Below are positions 27,291 through 39,592 of a stretch of DNA of 64,000 nucleotides, in pieces. The notes beneath the pieces were generated by a model. The model did no database searches. It worked only from the letters and a program-made list of their open reading frames with translations, and was not told the origin of the DNA. The DNA is from Sphyrna mokarran (lineage: Eukaryota), in assembly GCA_024679065.1 (NCBI GenBank), contig JAGIQG010000008.1, positions 95,728,001 through 95,792,000 of the forward strand, in the 5' to 3' direction. The stretch's first letter is position 1. Each line of letters begins with the position of its first letter. Made by a program: the position numbers and the translations under genes.

Positions 27291-29364
27291 CCAGAATAAG
27301 CCACTGTATTATGTTGTATTCCTCTGCACACATCATTTAAGTCATTCTAGTCAGCAAAACATATTTACTATTTATTTACAATATTAGTTATTACAGGTAG
27401 GGCAATTCATACTAGCAACAATTTATATTTCTTCAAGCTCCTCATATTAAAATATTTCAGGAAAATGACAGGCAACAAGCAAGAGGAAAGAAAAGAAGGA
27501 ATATGGAAGTGAGGGAGGTGGATAACAATACAAACAAAAAGAAGAGGGTCCAGGTGATTTCAAAAGCTGGAAGGTAAGTGTCAAGGAGGTGAAATTAAAG
27601 GAAGAGATATGAAGGGGGGAATTGCCTGAAAAAATGAGTACTGTGGGTGGAGCAAATGGAGTGAGGAGCAAGAAGTAAATTCTACCTAAGGGTTGAGAAA
27701 GTACTGAGGGACAGTAGATCAAAAGATGAATGCAAAAATCCTGAAACTAACTTGCTAACACGTGGAACATACAGCCAGCAGTCATGACCACGCACTAAGG
27801 GAACTACACAGAGCAGTTCTTGCCACAGATTAAACTCCTCTTCTAATTATAACAGTGATTCAGTTGGGAATCACTTTGTTGAAACAAGAGACATTGCGCA
27901 ATGAATTTTTGTTAAGCACTTCGAAAACAATCACTTTGCAAGTTTTAAGTACAATTTGATGAGTGTACCACAGTGAATTCATTTTTAGTAATATGAGACA
28001 TGAACTGACTTTTAAAGAAAACTTAATGAAAATAAAGCACCTGGATAAAAACAGAAAACTGTATTTATATATTATGTATGTGGTGTTTTTATTTGTTTAT
28101 TTTTAAATCTTGCACAGTTAGTGCCCTTCAAATAGATGTAATTCATGTCACTAAATATAACATTTAAATCCTTTCTTCAAGAAGTAACCAAGAAGTGATT
28201 TCCTTCATCCAGTAAGTCTGACACAGACTGTTTATAATAGCAATGATATCAGACCATACACCAGTAACAGTAATTGGATAACACACCGGGTACTTTCTAA
28301 ATGGGGAGGGGGAAATTCAAGGGGAATAAATCAAGTGCAAAAGAAACAACTCTTTCAACACAAACAGAAAAGGGTCTCATTTTCATTTTAGCGAAAGGAA
28401 ATACAAACAAGCAGAATAAAAATAGTCAATGCACAAACCCACAATGAGAGGGTTGATAGAAAGAAATACTTTCAACTCGGAATGGTTTTGGATTGTAAGC
28501 AAGTCAGCCACAGAAGAGCGTGGATTGGCATTAATGTTTGTAGAAAATTATAAGTGTATTTGGAGAGAAAAGCAGCAGCATAACCGCCTGCACACTGCAC
28601 TCACTTTCAACAACACTCGGCCTCACTGCCAGTACAGACAGCCCAAACCACTGCATTTTAATTACTGTACTGCTGTGCACATGTGGTTGTTTGATATGCA
28701 AATGCGCTCCATCCCAAACAGTCCACTCACACAGCTGTAGGTACAGTAATCCTTATCTGCTTCATGAAAGATAAATCAGAATTGTGTCCTGACACCTGGT
28801 CACAAAATATGGAACCTTACTGAAATGTGGAAAGCGTTCTTACTTGTTGATGCTGCCAACTCATATCCAAACCTGTTGACTTTTGATGTCCGTGACTTGA
28901 ACAGGAATACACAAGTACTCTTTCTGTATTCTCTTTCAATAAACCAGGTGGTTTCACTGCTTTCTCTCTTTCCTCCAACAATTACTTTTGTTTTGGGTGG
29001 TCATTGATGAAGGTCTTTTTTTTATTTTGACATGCCTCTATAGAGTCCCTTTGTTCAGTTTCTGTGCTACCTCGGGGACCAATGTCTGCATCAATGAATG
29101 TACAACTGGTGCTGCAGACAGAGATCAATTTTAACCAGGTTTGGGAGCCAAACATTCTCAAATTCTATTTGGCAAACTATCTATTTTGCATGGTCACCTT
29201 CAGTGCTAATAAATAAAGCAATCAACAGTCATCATAGCTACCTCAAATGGAGCATCCCATTCAATAGCTGGGCATTAGCAGTAGCCACATCATTTAAGAC
29301 TGAAATTGGCAGCCTTGCAATAAACCTATATTGAAAAGGAATTACTAACATCAAACATACAGTA

Positions 29365-29632
29365 ATAGAATGCCTATAGAGTAGAAGAAAGCCATTCAGC
29401 GCATCATGCCTGCAATGACAATAATCCATCCCAAGACCTTTTCCTGTAACATATTCACCCTGCTAGAACCCCTGACTTGAAGGGGTAATTTAGGGCCAGT
29501 CAATTTAACTGCATATCTCTAGAATGTAGGAGGAAACTGCAACAGTTGGAGGAAATCACTCGAGGCAGGAATTGAACATGAGTCCTGTACACTGTGATGC
29601 AGTAGTGCTAACGACTGCGCCACCATGCTACC
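29365..29632 (-). mobile_element. Degenerate HE1-type SINE
   Basis: ATAGAATGCCTATAGAGTAGAAGAAAGCCATTCAG tail, core remnant AATGTAGGAGGAAACT, head remnant GTGCTAACGACTGCGCCACCATGCTACCC. Confidence 0.7.
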
Positions 29633-30394
29633 CAAGCAAGACACTAACTAGAATATCAAAACAAATGCATTTTTGTACCTACTGTCTACTTATGGATTCT
29701 ATGTGCACAACAGTATCCAGAAGCATCAAGTCTACCTTGCAATCCAAATGGGCAGATTTGCCAATGAGGTGCCTGGGTTATGACTTTGTCATAGGAATAC
29801 AAATACATGCTTTTGAAAGGTGGAGGAGCTATGTTAGTGAACTAAACACTCAAGAAGACCCTTGCAGCCTCTAACCTTGAAGCTCAGTCTGAAACCTATG
29901 TAGTCAGCAAGGAAAATCGGACTTGCAGCAAGCCATTAAACCAATTGTAGCACAAGTATTTCCAATGCATCTTTCGGATTATGTCCCATGCTGAGTGGAA
30001 CATTTTGCATATTAAAGGTTTCAATCATTCTGTGTCAGTGTCAGAATCTCCCAGGTAAGATATAACATAGGCAAATACAATGGGAAACTTCTTACACTCT
30101 GCCCCGCGTGCAGTCATGTTGTAAACAGTGATTTAAAACAATTAATTTACAACAGGTAGAAGTAGCAAAACAATGAGGTCATCATGTCAGCCATAAAGTT
30201 ATTGGGCCTTCTTTCAAGGCCACTTAAGGAAGTCATGTTCTGCATCTAACCCTAGGCAGTGGAAAAATTGCATAAGCTTAGATTGTTTGGTCTGAGTCTA
30301 TCTTGAAAGCTCAAATGTTGGTACACCGTTTGCTATGGTAACAATGAGAAATACCCCAGCTTTGATCCCTGCTACTCACAATTGGTCTCCAGAA

Positions 30395-30680
30395 CTATTT
30401 TTAATTTGTTGCTGGGAAACATTGATTGTCCATCACTAAGTTACCCTGAGGGGATCAAAAGTCAGCTGTGTAGTGTGGGACTGGAGTCATGTACAGACAA
30501 AACCAGGCAAGGTGTGGAGCTTCCCTTCCCTGAAGACATTTGCTGCCTCAGCAGCTTTCATTGTTCTGGCGCTGATACATAAATTAGCAGATTTACTGAA
30601 ATCAATTTCATAAATTGCCATGGTGAGATATGAATGAATAATATTAAAGCCAGTGCAGTAATAGGATGCCATACCCATCT
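30395..30680 (-). mobile_element. Degenerate tRNA-derived SINE
   Basis: GTGTGGGACTGGAGTCATGTACAGACAAAACCAGGCAAGG..TTCCCTTCCCTGAAGACATT and TTGCCATGGTGAGATATGAA blocks resemble a common shark SINE. Confidence 0.5.
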
Positions 30681-33600
30681 CCAAGGTAAAGATAAACCTG
30701 GAGGGATTTTCACTCTTGATAGCTATCTAGTGACTCCTGTTGGATAATGGGCTCCATGAATTTCAGTAAGTGATGGCATGGAATTCAAATATGAAAGTAT
30801 TATTGTCAAATAACCTGCTAACATTCACGGGAGGTCATTTTAAGTTTGTATTGGAGGAAGGGAGTGTATATGGAGAGTAAGGATGGACAACAGTGAAATG
30901 ATTGCCTGTCATAATCCTCACCCAATTTTAACTTCCATTTAAGATGAATCGACAGGCTATATAATGAGCGACTAGTTGACAATTACTTGTTCCCCATCCC
31001 CATGGAAAGTTAAAATAAGCCCACTCTGTAGCATCAGATGTGGACAAGAAACCAGAAGGTTTGGATCTGTACTCAAATGTGAGTTACTACTGTCGATAAA
31101 TGATGGAAGAAAATGAAAAATTTGGGTGAAGCTGTTTTGATTTCCATTCAGTTTTGGCTACAACAAAAGGTCTTTGTTTGTGTTTAGGTTCTCAGGGAAG
31201 TCAGCTGCACTCGCCTTGGAGGAGTTAACCCGAAATATATGCTCTTAATTATCTACTAGTCACTAAACCACCATACATCTTGGCTAAAAAAAAGAGAAAC
31301 TTCTCTTTTCAATTAAAATTTCCCATTTCACTTGAAGACCCAGTGGGCAAAATATTTGGCTTGGCACAACAACGCCAACACTGTTTGCGCCAACGCAGTT
31401 TGACCCGTTTGCTGACACAAGTGCAGATTCTGCACCAGCAGCTGTAGCAGAGGTATTTTCAACCCTTCCTGTCCAGACTAGGAAATTAATGTTGCAATTA
31501 TGTGTGGGTGGGAGAATGTCAAGCTGGTGTGGGATACTTGGCTTTTCTTTTGGTCACCTGATATTTTTTTCTTTTACCTCCAACTTTTTTTTTCCAGCTT
31601 TGTGTGTATTATCAGATCATGTCTGTCCACTTATCGTCGATAAAAGATAAAATAATTAAAATAAGAGAAATAAGATAATTATTGACATCTTGCCTTAGAT
31701 TAAATAGATTAAGGCCAAAAAAAATAGTAAAATGGTTTGAGATGGCATAGGGGAAAAGAAAGACTCTCAACTCATTCATGTGCACTGTTAAATGGGAAAT
31801 AAAATATATCAAGAACTCTCCTCCTGCACAAAATAATTATAAACCATGGCTAACACCGAGAGCAAAAATAGAACTTTGCTTCCCAGTGAGATCTTCTGCT
31901 CTTTTTTGCATTGGAACCAACATTACTATAAATTGAAGGTCAAAACTAAGCCCAGCTTTAGTTCCAGCCTAAATAGAATGAATTTAAAATAGACTTTACA
32001 CTGTCGGTGCTTAATATACATATTATGATGAGCTTAAAACAAAATCTATGTTTTGGAATTATGAAGTTACATGTATATTACATATACTGGGCTAAATATG
32101 AAGCAGTAAATATCATTGCAAATTATTGTAACATTTTAAAGATTCAAGCATTCAGCTGAAGACATGAAACTATAGAATTTGGTTTATCTGGTTTTTATTG
32201 GGGGGAAAAGCATTTTTGGATTATTTTGTAGCATTTGAACAGCAGTTGGAAAATAAATTATTTGAACGCGTGACAGGCTGGCATCAAAACCTGGTAACAC
32301 TGAAATGAAATCCAGGTAACAGCCCCATCTCAACCACTCAAATGTGCACATGAAAAAGGCATAATTTTCTTTTCCGGAGTGTCATGTTTAAATAGATCAG
32401 GATGTTTTAGCCACATTATTCCTCTCAGCTTTAAACCACCGCAGTAGGAATAATCTCCCAATACTGTATCTGTGCAATATCATCACTTGCGTCTGTCCTT
32501 GCCTGATTTGATGTTCTGAAATGTTAACTGCTATAATATATTTCCTCCATTATTCTCATTATAATGGTCAGAGACAACTGCCTCTTCACAGAAGTTTACA
32601 TAAGTGCTGACCCTGTGGACTTTTTTTTAACAAAACTATTTTTTTAAACCACAACGTTTAATAGATGATAGGGCTCACACACACGAGAAATATGTCAAAG
32701 TTTCTTTTTAAATTTACGAACAAAAACATGACTGAAATATTTAGGGAAAAAAAAGGACAACTTGAATACATCACTTTAAAATTAGCTTGGAAGATTACTT
32801 TTTGAAAAATCAGTAACTATTCAGTTGAACAAAATTAAACTCTTGCCATAACATGTTGCATTTTTACTTGAAAGGAATATTAGACTCTATGTGATGTTAG
32901 GGGGGCTGAGAACGGATCAAGAGTACTAACCGTAGTTAAGCTTTTAGAATGTAGGACTCTTGATACAGGGCTGCCAGCACAGCTACCCCTGTTATTGTAA
33001 TGAACTATCTGCTAATAGAATTATTTAACACTATGGTGGGTAGAATACCCATGAAGAAGGAGAATGCATTTTACACGATTAAAAAAATCTTATTGCTGAA
33101 GGAATTTATTAGCTTCTAGAGGCATACAAAGATATGTAGATTAGATACAGTATATCATATCATCACGTGGTGCAAAGCTCCAACAGGCACAATTATATTT
33201 TTAGATAGGATTTATGAGGAAAATGGGTCTGTTTTTATTATTTTAGCATTCGAGCTAGCTCTTACGGTAAATTTAATAAAGCAAATGGCATTCCAATGCC
33301 TGCAAAACACTGAATTCTACTGCTTTCAAAAGGCAGCAACAGGATAAAATACCATAGCAAGGCTTTGCCTTTTTAAGGTGCGAAGTATTGGTCTGCACAG
33401 TTTTTAACATTCCAGACCTAAACATTAAATTTTTAAAACTATGCAAACTGATACATAGCACAGTCAGCCACAGATAAACACATACCTGATGTGAGTAAAG
33501 AACACCAGGCTTCACTCTTAACACTAAAATGCAGCTAACAATGCCTTTGCATGTTAGCTGTATATTTGTCAAAACTCGGCTGCAATAACGATTACCTAAT

Positions 33601-34549
33601 GCCTTCCATGAATTCACAAAAAGTAAAAGAAGAAACAGTGTAAATAATAAAAGCACAAACGGTGTTTCTATTCATTGGGATTGTAGACTGAAAGCTAGGC
33701 CTTTACTGTGGTAAAGGGAAACATTTAAACTTTATTTAATTGCTGAATTGTATATAGATAAATTGAGCTCCCGTGATGCCAAAGAGGCATGGTCTGCCCC
33801 CATGGAACAGTACTAGTTTCAGAATATGTTCCTGTGAAATAAATCACTGACAAATTCAGTTGGTACTTAGAACAATGTCTGTGAGCCTTCACCCTCTGTT
33901 TACACTTGTGGTTGCACTCTAGGACAGTTTAGTATTGCTGTTTTTTTATGGTGTGGTTAAAGTTGACATGAAAATGCTCTCAAAACGAAAGACGAGACCA
34001 ATGAGCGCTGTGCTCCCTGCTTGGGCTCTCACTGCGCGGCTTACTTGGAGATTCAATAAAGAGATAACTTTGAATTTTATCCTGTCTCTAATGGCAGTTC
34101 TGGTGACGCACGGGTATTTGGTTCCCAGACTCTGCAAGAGGCATGCAGTTTACATTCTTTACATTGTCGGCAGTGACAAGAGTACAACCTGGATGCTGCC
34201 AGTGGCAAATTGTCCAGGCGACACCATACTGAGATCTGAACTGAAAACACTCTCCGAATGTTTACACAATTCTCTACTCCATTTCAGTACACATGTCACA
34301 TTGTCAAACTAGCACACAAATAGGACTTTTTTTTATCTTGTTCCAGTGTTGCACACTTGAAGACTTAATTTTCTATTTGATTTTATGTACAAATTTTTTT
34401 TTTTAATGGGTACCAATTTGAAACCAATACCTGAACTGAATAATGAGAGATCAATAGATGTGGGTTATACCACCAGTTTCATTTTGTTCTCTAATCAGAA
34501 CAAAAAATGAAAATAGCTCTTTGCATGTCTGAGTGTGCACAGAGGTTTA

Positions 34550-34752
34550 CTGATTCTTTCTGTTGCCATCAAACTTTTGAATGGATTGTTCATATAGTAA
34601 GCTGATCTTTCTCTTCACCCTATCTATAATTGCAACACTATATTTTACACCTTCCCCTTTCCTTTTCCCCTATATTCTCTATGAACGATATTGCAAGAAA
34701 CAATACTTTTCACTGTATCCCAACACAGGAGACAAAAGTAAACCAAATCAAA
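34550..34752 (+). mobile_element. Rex1/Babar-type LINE 3' end
   Basis: CTGTTGCCATCAAACTTTTGAATGGA..CAATACTTTTCACTGTATCCCAA..AAACCAAATCAAA matches the 3' end of 58025-58519. Confidence 0.75.
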
Positions 34753-36959
34753 ACAAACCTGCACCCAAAAACCAATAATATTTTAATATTAAAAAAAAGC
34801 CATTTGGAGACTCTGCTCTCCTGACACTGAAATGAATAGAATTAGAAAAAAAGCAAATTTCCGTTTTCTTAAAAAGTGCTTTTCAAGAGCTCAATACATC
34901 CCAAAGTGCTTTGCAGATGATTTAGTACGTTTTTGAAAGGTAGGCATTACTGGAGAAATCACAGTAGCCAATTTGCACACAGCAAGATCCCACAGACAGC
35001 AATGAGATAACCTCTACTTTCCTAATTAGTTGGAGATTAAGTATTGACCAGGAAGCCAGACAGAACTCATCTGTGATTTTCATATAAATATGCAAAAGGT
35101 TCACAGACTAACCTCTAACACCATAAGTTTCTGGTGTAAAGTTATATTTCAATACTTTACAATTTTCCAGACAATTTGGTCAGAGGTATTAAGCCTTTAG
35201 AAGTGCAAACCAGTGTTCACTTATGCACAATATTTTTTGCTCTCTTTGCACAGCTGAAGCCAGGAACTTGACGGCAAATATCTTCTAATGGACCCAATAA
35301 CCAGAGAGGTTATTTCTCTTTGAAAGAATAACCTAAAGTTGTTGACGGGACAAAATATTATAGCAGCCTAGGGCCTTGACTGCATAATAGCCTGAATATG
35401 TGTTGAAGTACTTATTGTCCCACAAGAAGTCACGGGATCCTGTCAGTACAATCGCATTATTCATAAATATTACTTCTGTCATTACAGGTAACAGAATTTT
35501 TAAATGGCACTGATTTTATGCTAATACTGGTCCAGGTATTTTCACAGAATAGATCTGTATCCAATTCATTTTAATGATATAGTTCAATGCACTCTAATGT
35601 TAAGGTGTCAAGTATTTATGTGGATGCACAAGATGTGACATTGTTTGGGCAGGATCACATAGGTACACATTAGCACACATGTTTAAGTAATGATAAGTAG
35701 CCTATTAGCAGGGCACTTATTACATGCTAACTTGCATGACAGGGGCAAGGCCTTAACCAAATCTTGTCAGCCATATCATAACAACTTTTTATGTGATTAT
35801 TACCTACAAGGCCCAGTCAGTCTGTTGGAGATCGATGGGAATTCCTTTCGAACACATCGGCTTATGTTAAGGCATTTATACTGCTGTGGGAATGGTTATA
35901 TTAAGTTCATTGGTTAATTAAAATTTGACAGACATCCAATAATTTCATTCTGTATAGATTGGAAAATGTGGTGCCAATTATTTCTCATGTGAATGCAACC
36001 TTTGTAACCGTAATTTGCCCCAGTGCTGCACTACTAATGGAGAAGAATATCCCAAAGTGTTTCAGAAGGGGGAGAAATTCAGAGGTAAATAGAGGTTGAG
36101 AGAAACGTTAGTGGAGCTGATTAATGGTGTGGTTAAAGAGACTTTTTTTATGGCAGTGGGAGAGATATAGCAAGGGAGGTGGGAGGATTCAGATAGTTAA
36201 AAGGAAAGTTACAATGTGCAGGCACAAGGTAGCTTATTAGCAAAGTTACTCTGACCAACTGCAAGGCATCCAACAGGACTCAAACAATGTTGTAATCTAT
36301 ATTGCAGCTTATAACCATATTAAGAACCCAGACTGTTTCTTTCAGATCATTCCTACATATCTGTTATTTTCACAACTTGCATAGACTGTTATGTATAATA
36401 ATATTCTCAATCAATCTGAGAGTTTTTAGCCATCAATCTCTCCATGGCATTAATGCATGATGATTCGCACTGAATGATTAATAATGTTGACATCATTATT
36501 GTAAGTTTATTAAAAAATAATTTCCAGTTTCCTAATGCCTCTGAGTAAATGGACTATTTACAACTATATTGGACTGGTATCCAAAGTTCAGTCCCAGGCC
36601 TGACTTTTCTGATCTTTAGTTGGAGCAGTCAGAGGATTCTACAATTACCAATGTGGCCTGCGGTAGGAAGGGGGAAAGGAGGAAAGAAAACTCTCATCCC
36701 TCTATTTTCCTTTCTAATAGGACATTCTGAAACATTTCAAGAAGGTCATTATGAAAAGTGCTGTAATATTCTGCATAGAGCATGCTGCATTTGGAGGTGC
36801 TTCAATATAACTGTGATACATGTGAGATTTCCTATACACATTCAATGTCAGATACAGCCTGAGGAACTCTTCACAGTTTCCAGCTCCTCATGACTGAAGA
36901 GCTTTAGACAGTTGCTTTTCCCAATTGTGCCTCTGTAATGGCTGCTCTTATCTTTAGTG

Positions 36960-39345
36960 TATTTCTTAGCATGTAGTCCAAGATCTTGGAATTTGACAGT
37001 CTGCAAAACATAACTGTGGGCAACTCTTTACAATGGAAGACCAACACGTTTCGGATAAACCAAAGAGTCTCTTACTCCAAGTTGATTATCCTCTAGCATA
37101 TTTCTCTCATTGTGTGTCCCTGGGGACAGACCAGAGTCCTGCACCATGAAATGGTACTTGAATGAACTTCGGCAAAAACCACTGCATCTCTATCCAGACC
37201 TTCTTTGCAAAACCGCGTTCCAGAAGGAGGTACAGGACAGTCTTTTGCCCACCACAGCCATACTGAGAGCAGCATGCAGTGGTGCAGAGACTTCAGGGGG
37301 AAATGTCCCAATTTCAGCAAAATCTGCTCCTGCTGCGGTCAATGGAATTTGCTGTCAAGAAGGACTTCCAGAGATCACCAGGGTCATCTTCTGGTCCAGA
37401 ATCGATTACATGGAGCCAGGTGACATGTGTTCACATTTCTTCTTCCAAAAGGTACACAAAGAGATAGCTGTAATCTGAAGAAGGAAGAGAGCTTGGTAAA
37501 GTCGTTGCAGTCTGACATATTGAGGTTCAGCAAATCCTTTTATGCTGAATTGTTTGTAAAGCCCATAGACGGCATGATCTCCCAGCTATACCTGTCTTCT
37601 ATTGTAGAAGTCTTAGGTGACAGTGAGGAGAAGAGCTTTGACGAAGCTTTAACTCTAGATGAGTTGCCAAAGGCCGTCAAGTAAAACTCCCAGAAATGAC
37701 AGCTTACCGGCTGACCTCTGTTTGACTCTTTGGACTGGATTAACCCAGACCTACTGGAAGTGTATGAGAGTCTGCATCAAGCCAGCAGCAGGTCAGAATC
37801 CATGAGGATAGGCCTCTTCTACAAACAGAAGGGGGTAAGGGAGGAAATTAGAAATCAGCGCACCATTTCATTGTCAAAAATCAAAATTCTGTCCAATCAG
37901 ACAATGTCCGTTTGCTCTGGAGTTGATAATCCACTTTAATGCAACCTGTTCTGTACCTGCAGACAGATCTCTGATAGCCTTACACTTGCTGCTCAGGATA
38001 CAATTGCCTAAGTGTGGGGCAGAGGGTGTGCACTTGCCTCATCAGCCTGGACCAGGGAAAAGTGTCTGATAGAATATCACAGACTTACATGATGTATGCG
38101 CTCCCCAGACTGGGGTTTGGGGAAAAACTCCACATTCGGATCCAACTGCTCTACAGAAATATCAATGGTGCAGTTAGAAACAATGGGTAAGAATTAGAAA
38201 GCTTTCCAATTGAATTTGAAATTTGAACAGGGCTGCCATCTCCCTCTGTCCTCTTTATGTGCTGCATAGCACCTTTTTCTGGGTCCATCAGGAAGGATTC
38301 AGACATAAGAAGAATGATGGCAGATTCCCTCATGGCAGATTGAAGCATTTCTGGGGGTCCTATATTAAACCATGAGTAACTTGTGTTACTCAGAAGCAAA
38401 ACATTCTTTTGCTATCCAAATATTTCCCAATTTTCTTTTCAGTGTTTTGATCAGTCGAGGAGAGGTTGAATGACTCTCATCTCCCAGCATGGAGGTGAAA
38501 GCTTCCCTGTGCATGAAGTCTTCTGTTCAGATCTGCTGTCGGTGTGCAGACTGATGAGTGTATGTAACCAGTTCAAACTGGCTTCAGAAGCCAAGGAAAA
38601 TTGTGACAAGAATAAAGCCGTGTTCTTTGGAAACTGGACTGACCAATCCTTTGTTCCTGCGCTGTCAGACCAGACTGCCTGAATGATCTGTGGATAAGAC
38701 TTGGAGAGGGCAGGATATGCACCAAAACTGGGAGGAACATCTAGCCAAGGTAAGGCAAAAACTGGGCATGTTGGGATGATGCCCCCCCTCCATTGTGGAT
38801 AGGAACCTGGTCATCAGGCTTGGTGCAGGTGTGGCCTATATCCTGATCCTGTGTCACAGTGGCCGCCCTAATCATTTTCTACTTTATTTGAACATTCATT
38901 ATGTATTATGTCTGCAAGGTCACCAGGAATAAGGCTCTGGATAGAGGAGGAAGAAATGTATCCACCTTTATCCTGATGGCCAATTTTGTATGTAGCTGCA
39001 TCAAGCTGTGTGTGGGCCCTCAAAAGACAACCATCAAATGTCACACACGTGCTGAGTTTTCACCTGTCCCCTGTGTTGTGAAGGATGGGTCTGGCCATGT
39101 TACCACGGAACACTCTAGATAGTTGAACATTGCCAAACCATATGTCCCTCATGGAAAAGTTTGTGTTGACTTTGACCACAAGCCTATCAGGCTCCATGGA
39201 AAAAGCTTACAGTGGATCCTGGTGGATGGTTCCCTACTGTCAAAATCAGTTGGCAGAATGCCTCATTACCAGAACTTTCAAGCAAGCACCAAGACATAGT
39301 TTGGTTGTTGGTGAGGAGGGCACTCCCCTTTAGATCCTTCATATA
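36960..39345 (+). mobile_element. Heavily decayed Tx1/L1-clade non-LTR retrotransposon ORF2
   Basis: Remnant motifs SRIDYMEPGDMCSHFFFQKVH, FSKSFYAELF, LTLDELPKAVK, DWINPDLLEVY, KQKGVREEIRNQRTISL, ISLDQGK..DRISQ, QGC..S, NQFKLASEAKEN and WLLVRRALP are typical of Tx1-like RT domains. Confidence 0.8.
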
Positions 39346-39360
39346 CTCTCATTTCTCACT

Positions 39361-39592
39361 TAATTTTAAATTTTTAATTTAATTTTCAAAAATTCTTACT
39401 CCATTTTTAAAGTTACAGACCCAGTGCTTTGGGCCGAGTGGACCAGGCAGATCTGAGTCTTTCTCTTTGCTTGCTCCATAAACCAAATTCACATTGAATC
39501 TAATTCATGGTCCACACAAGGGAGATAAATAAGATCCAAGCTGACAAGAAATGACATTGCATTTGCTCTTGGGTTTAATCTTAGCCAAAAGG
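39361..39592 (-). mobile_element. U2 snRNA-headed short retroposon (copy A), 15-bp TSD
   Basis: Perfect direct repeat CTCTCATTTCTCACT at 39346-39360 and 39593-39607. 5' end GCCTTTTGGCTAAGAT (39593-39578) equals U2 nt 12-27. A-rich 3' tail at 39361-39392. Confidence 0.8.
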
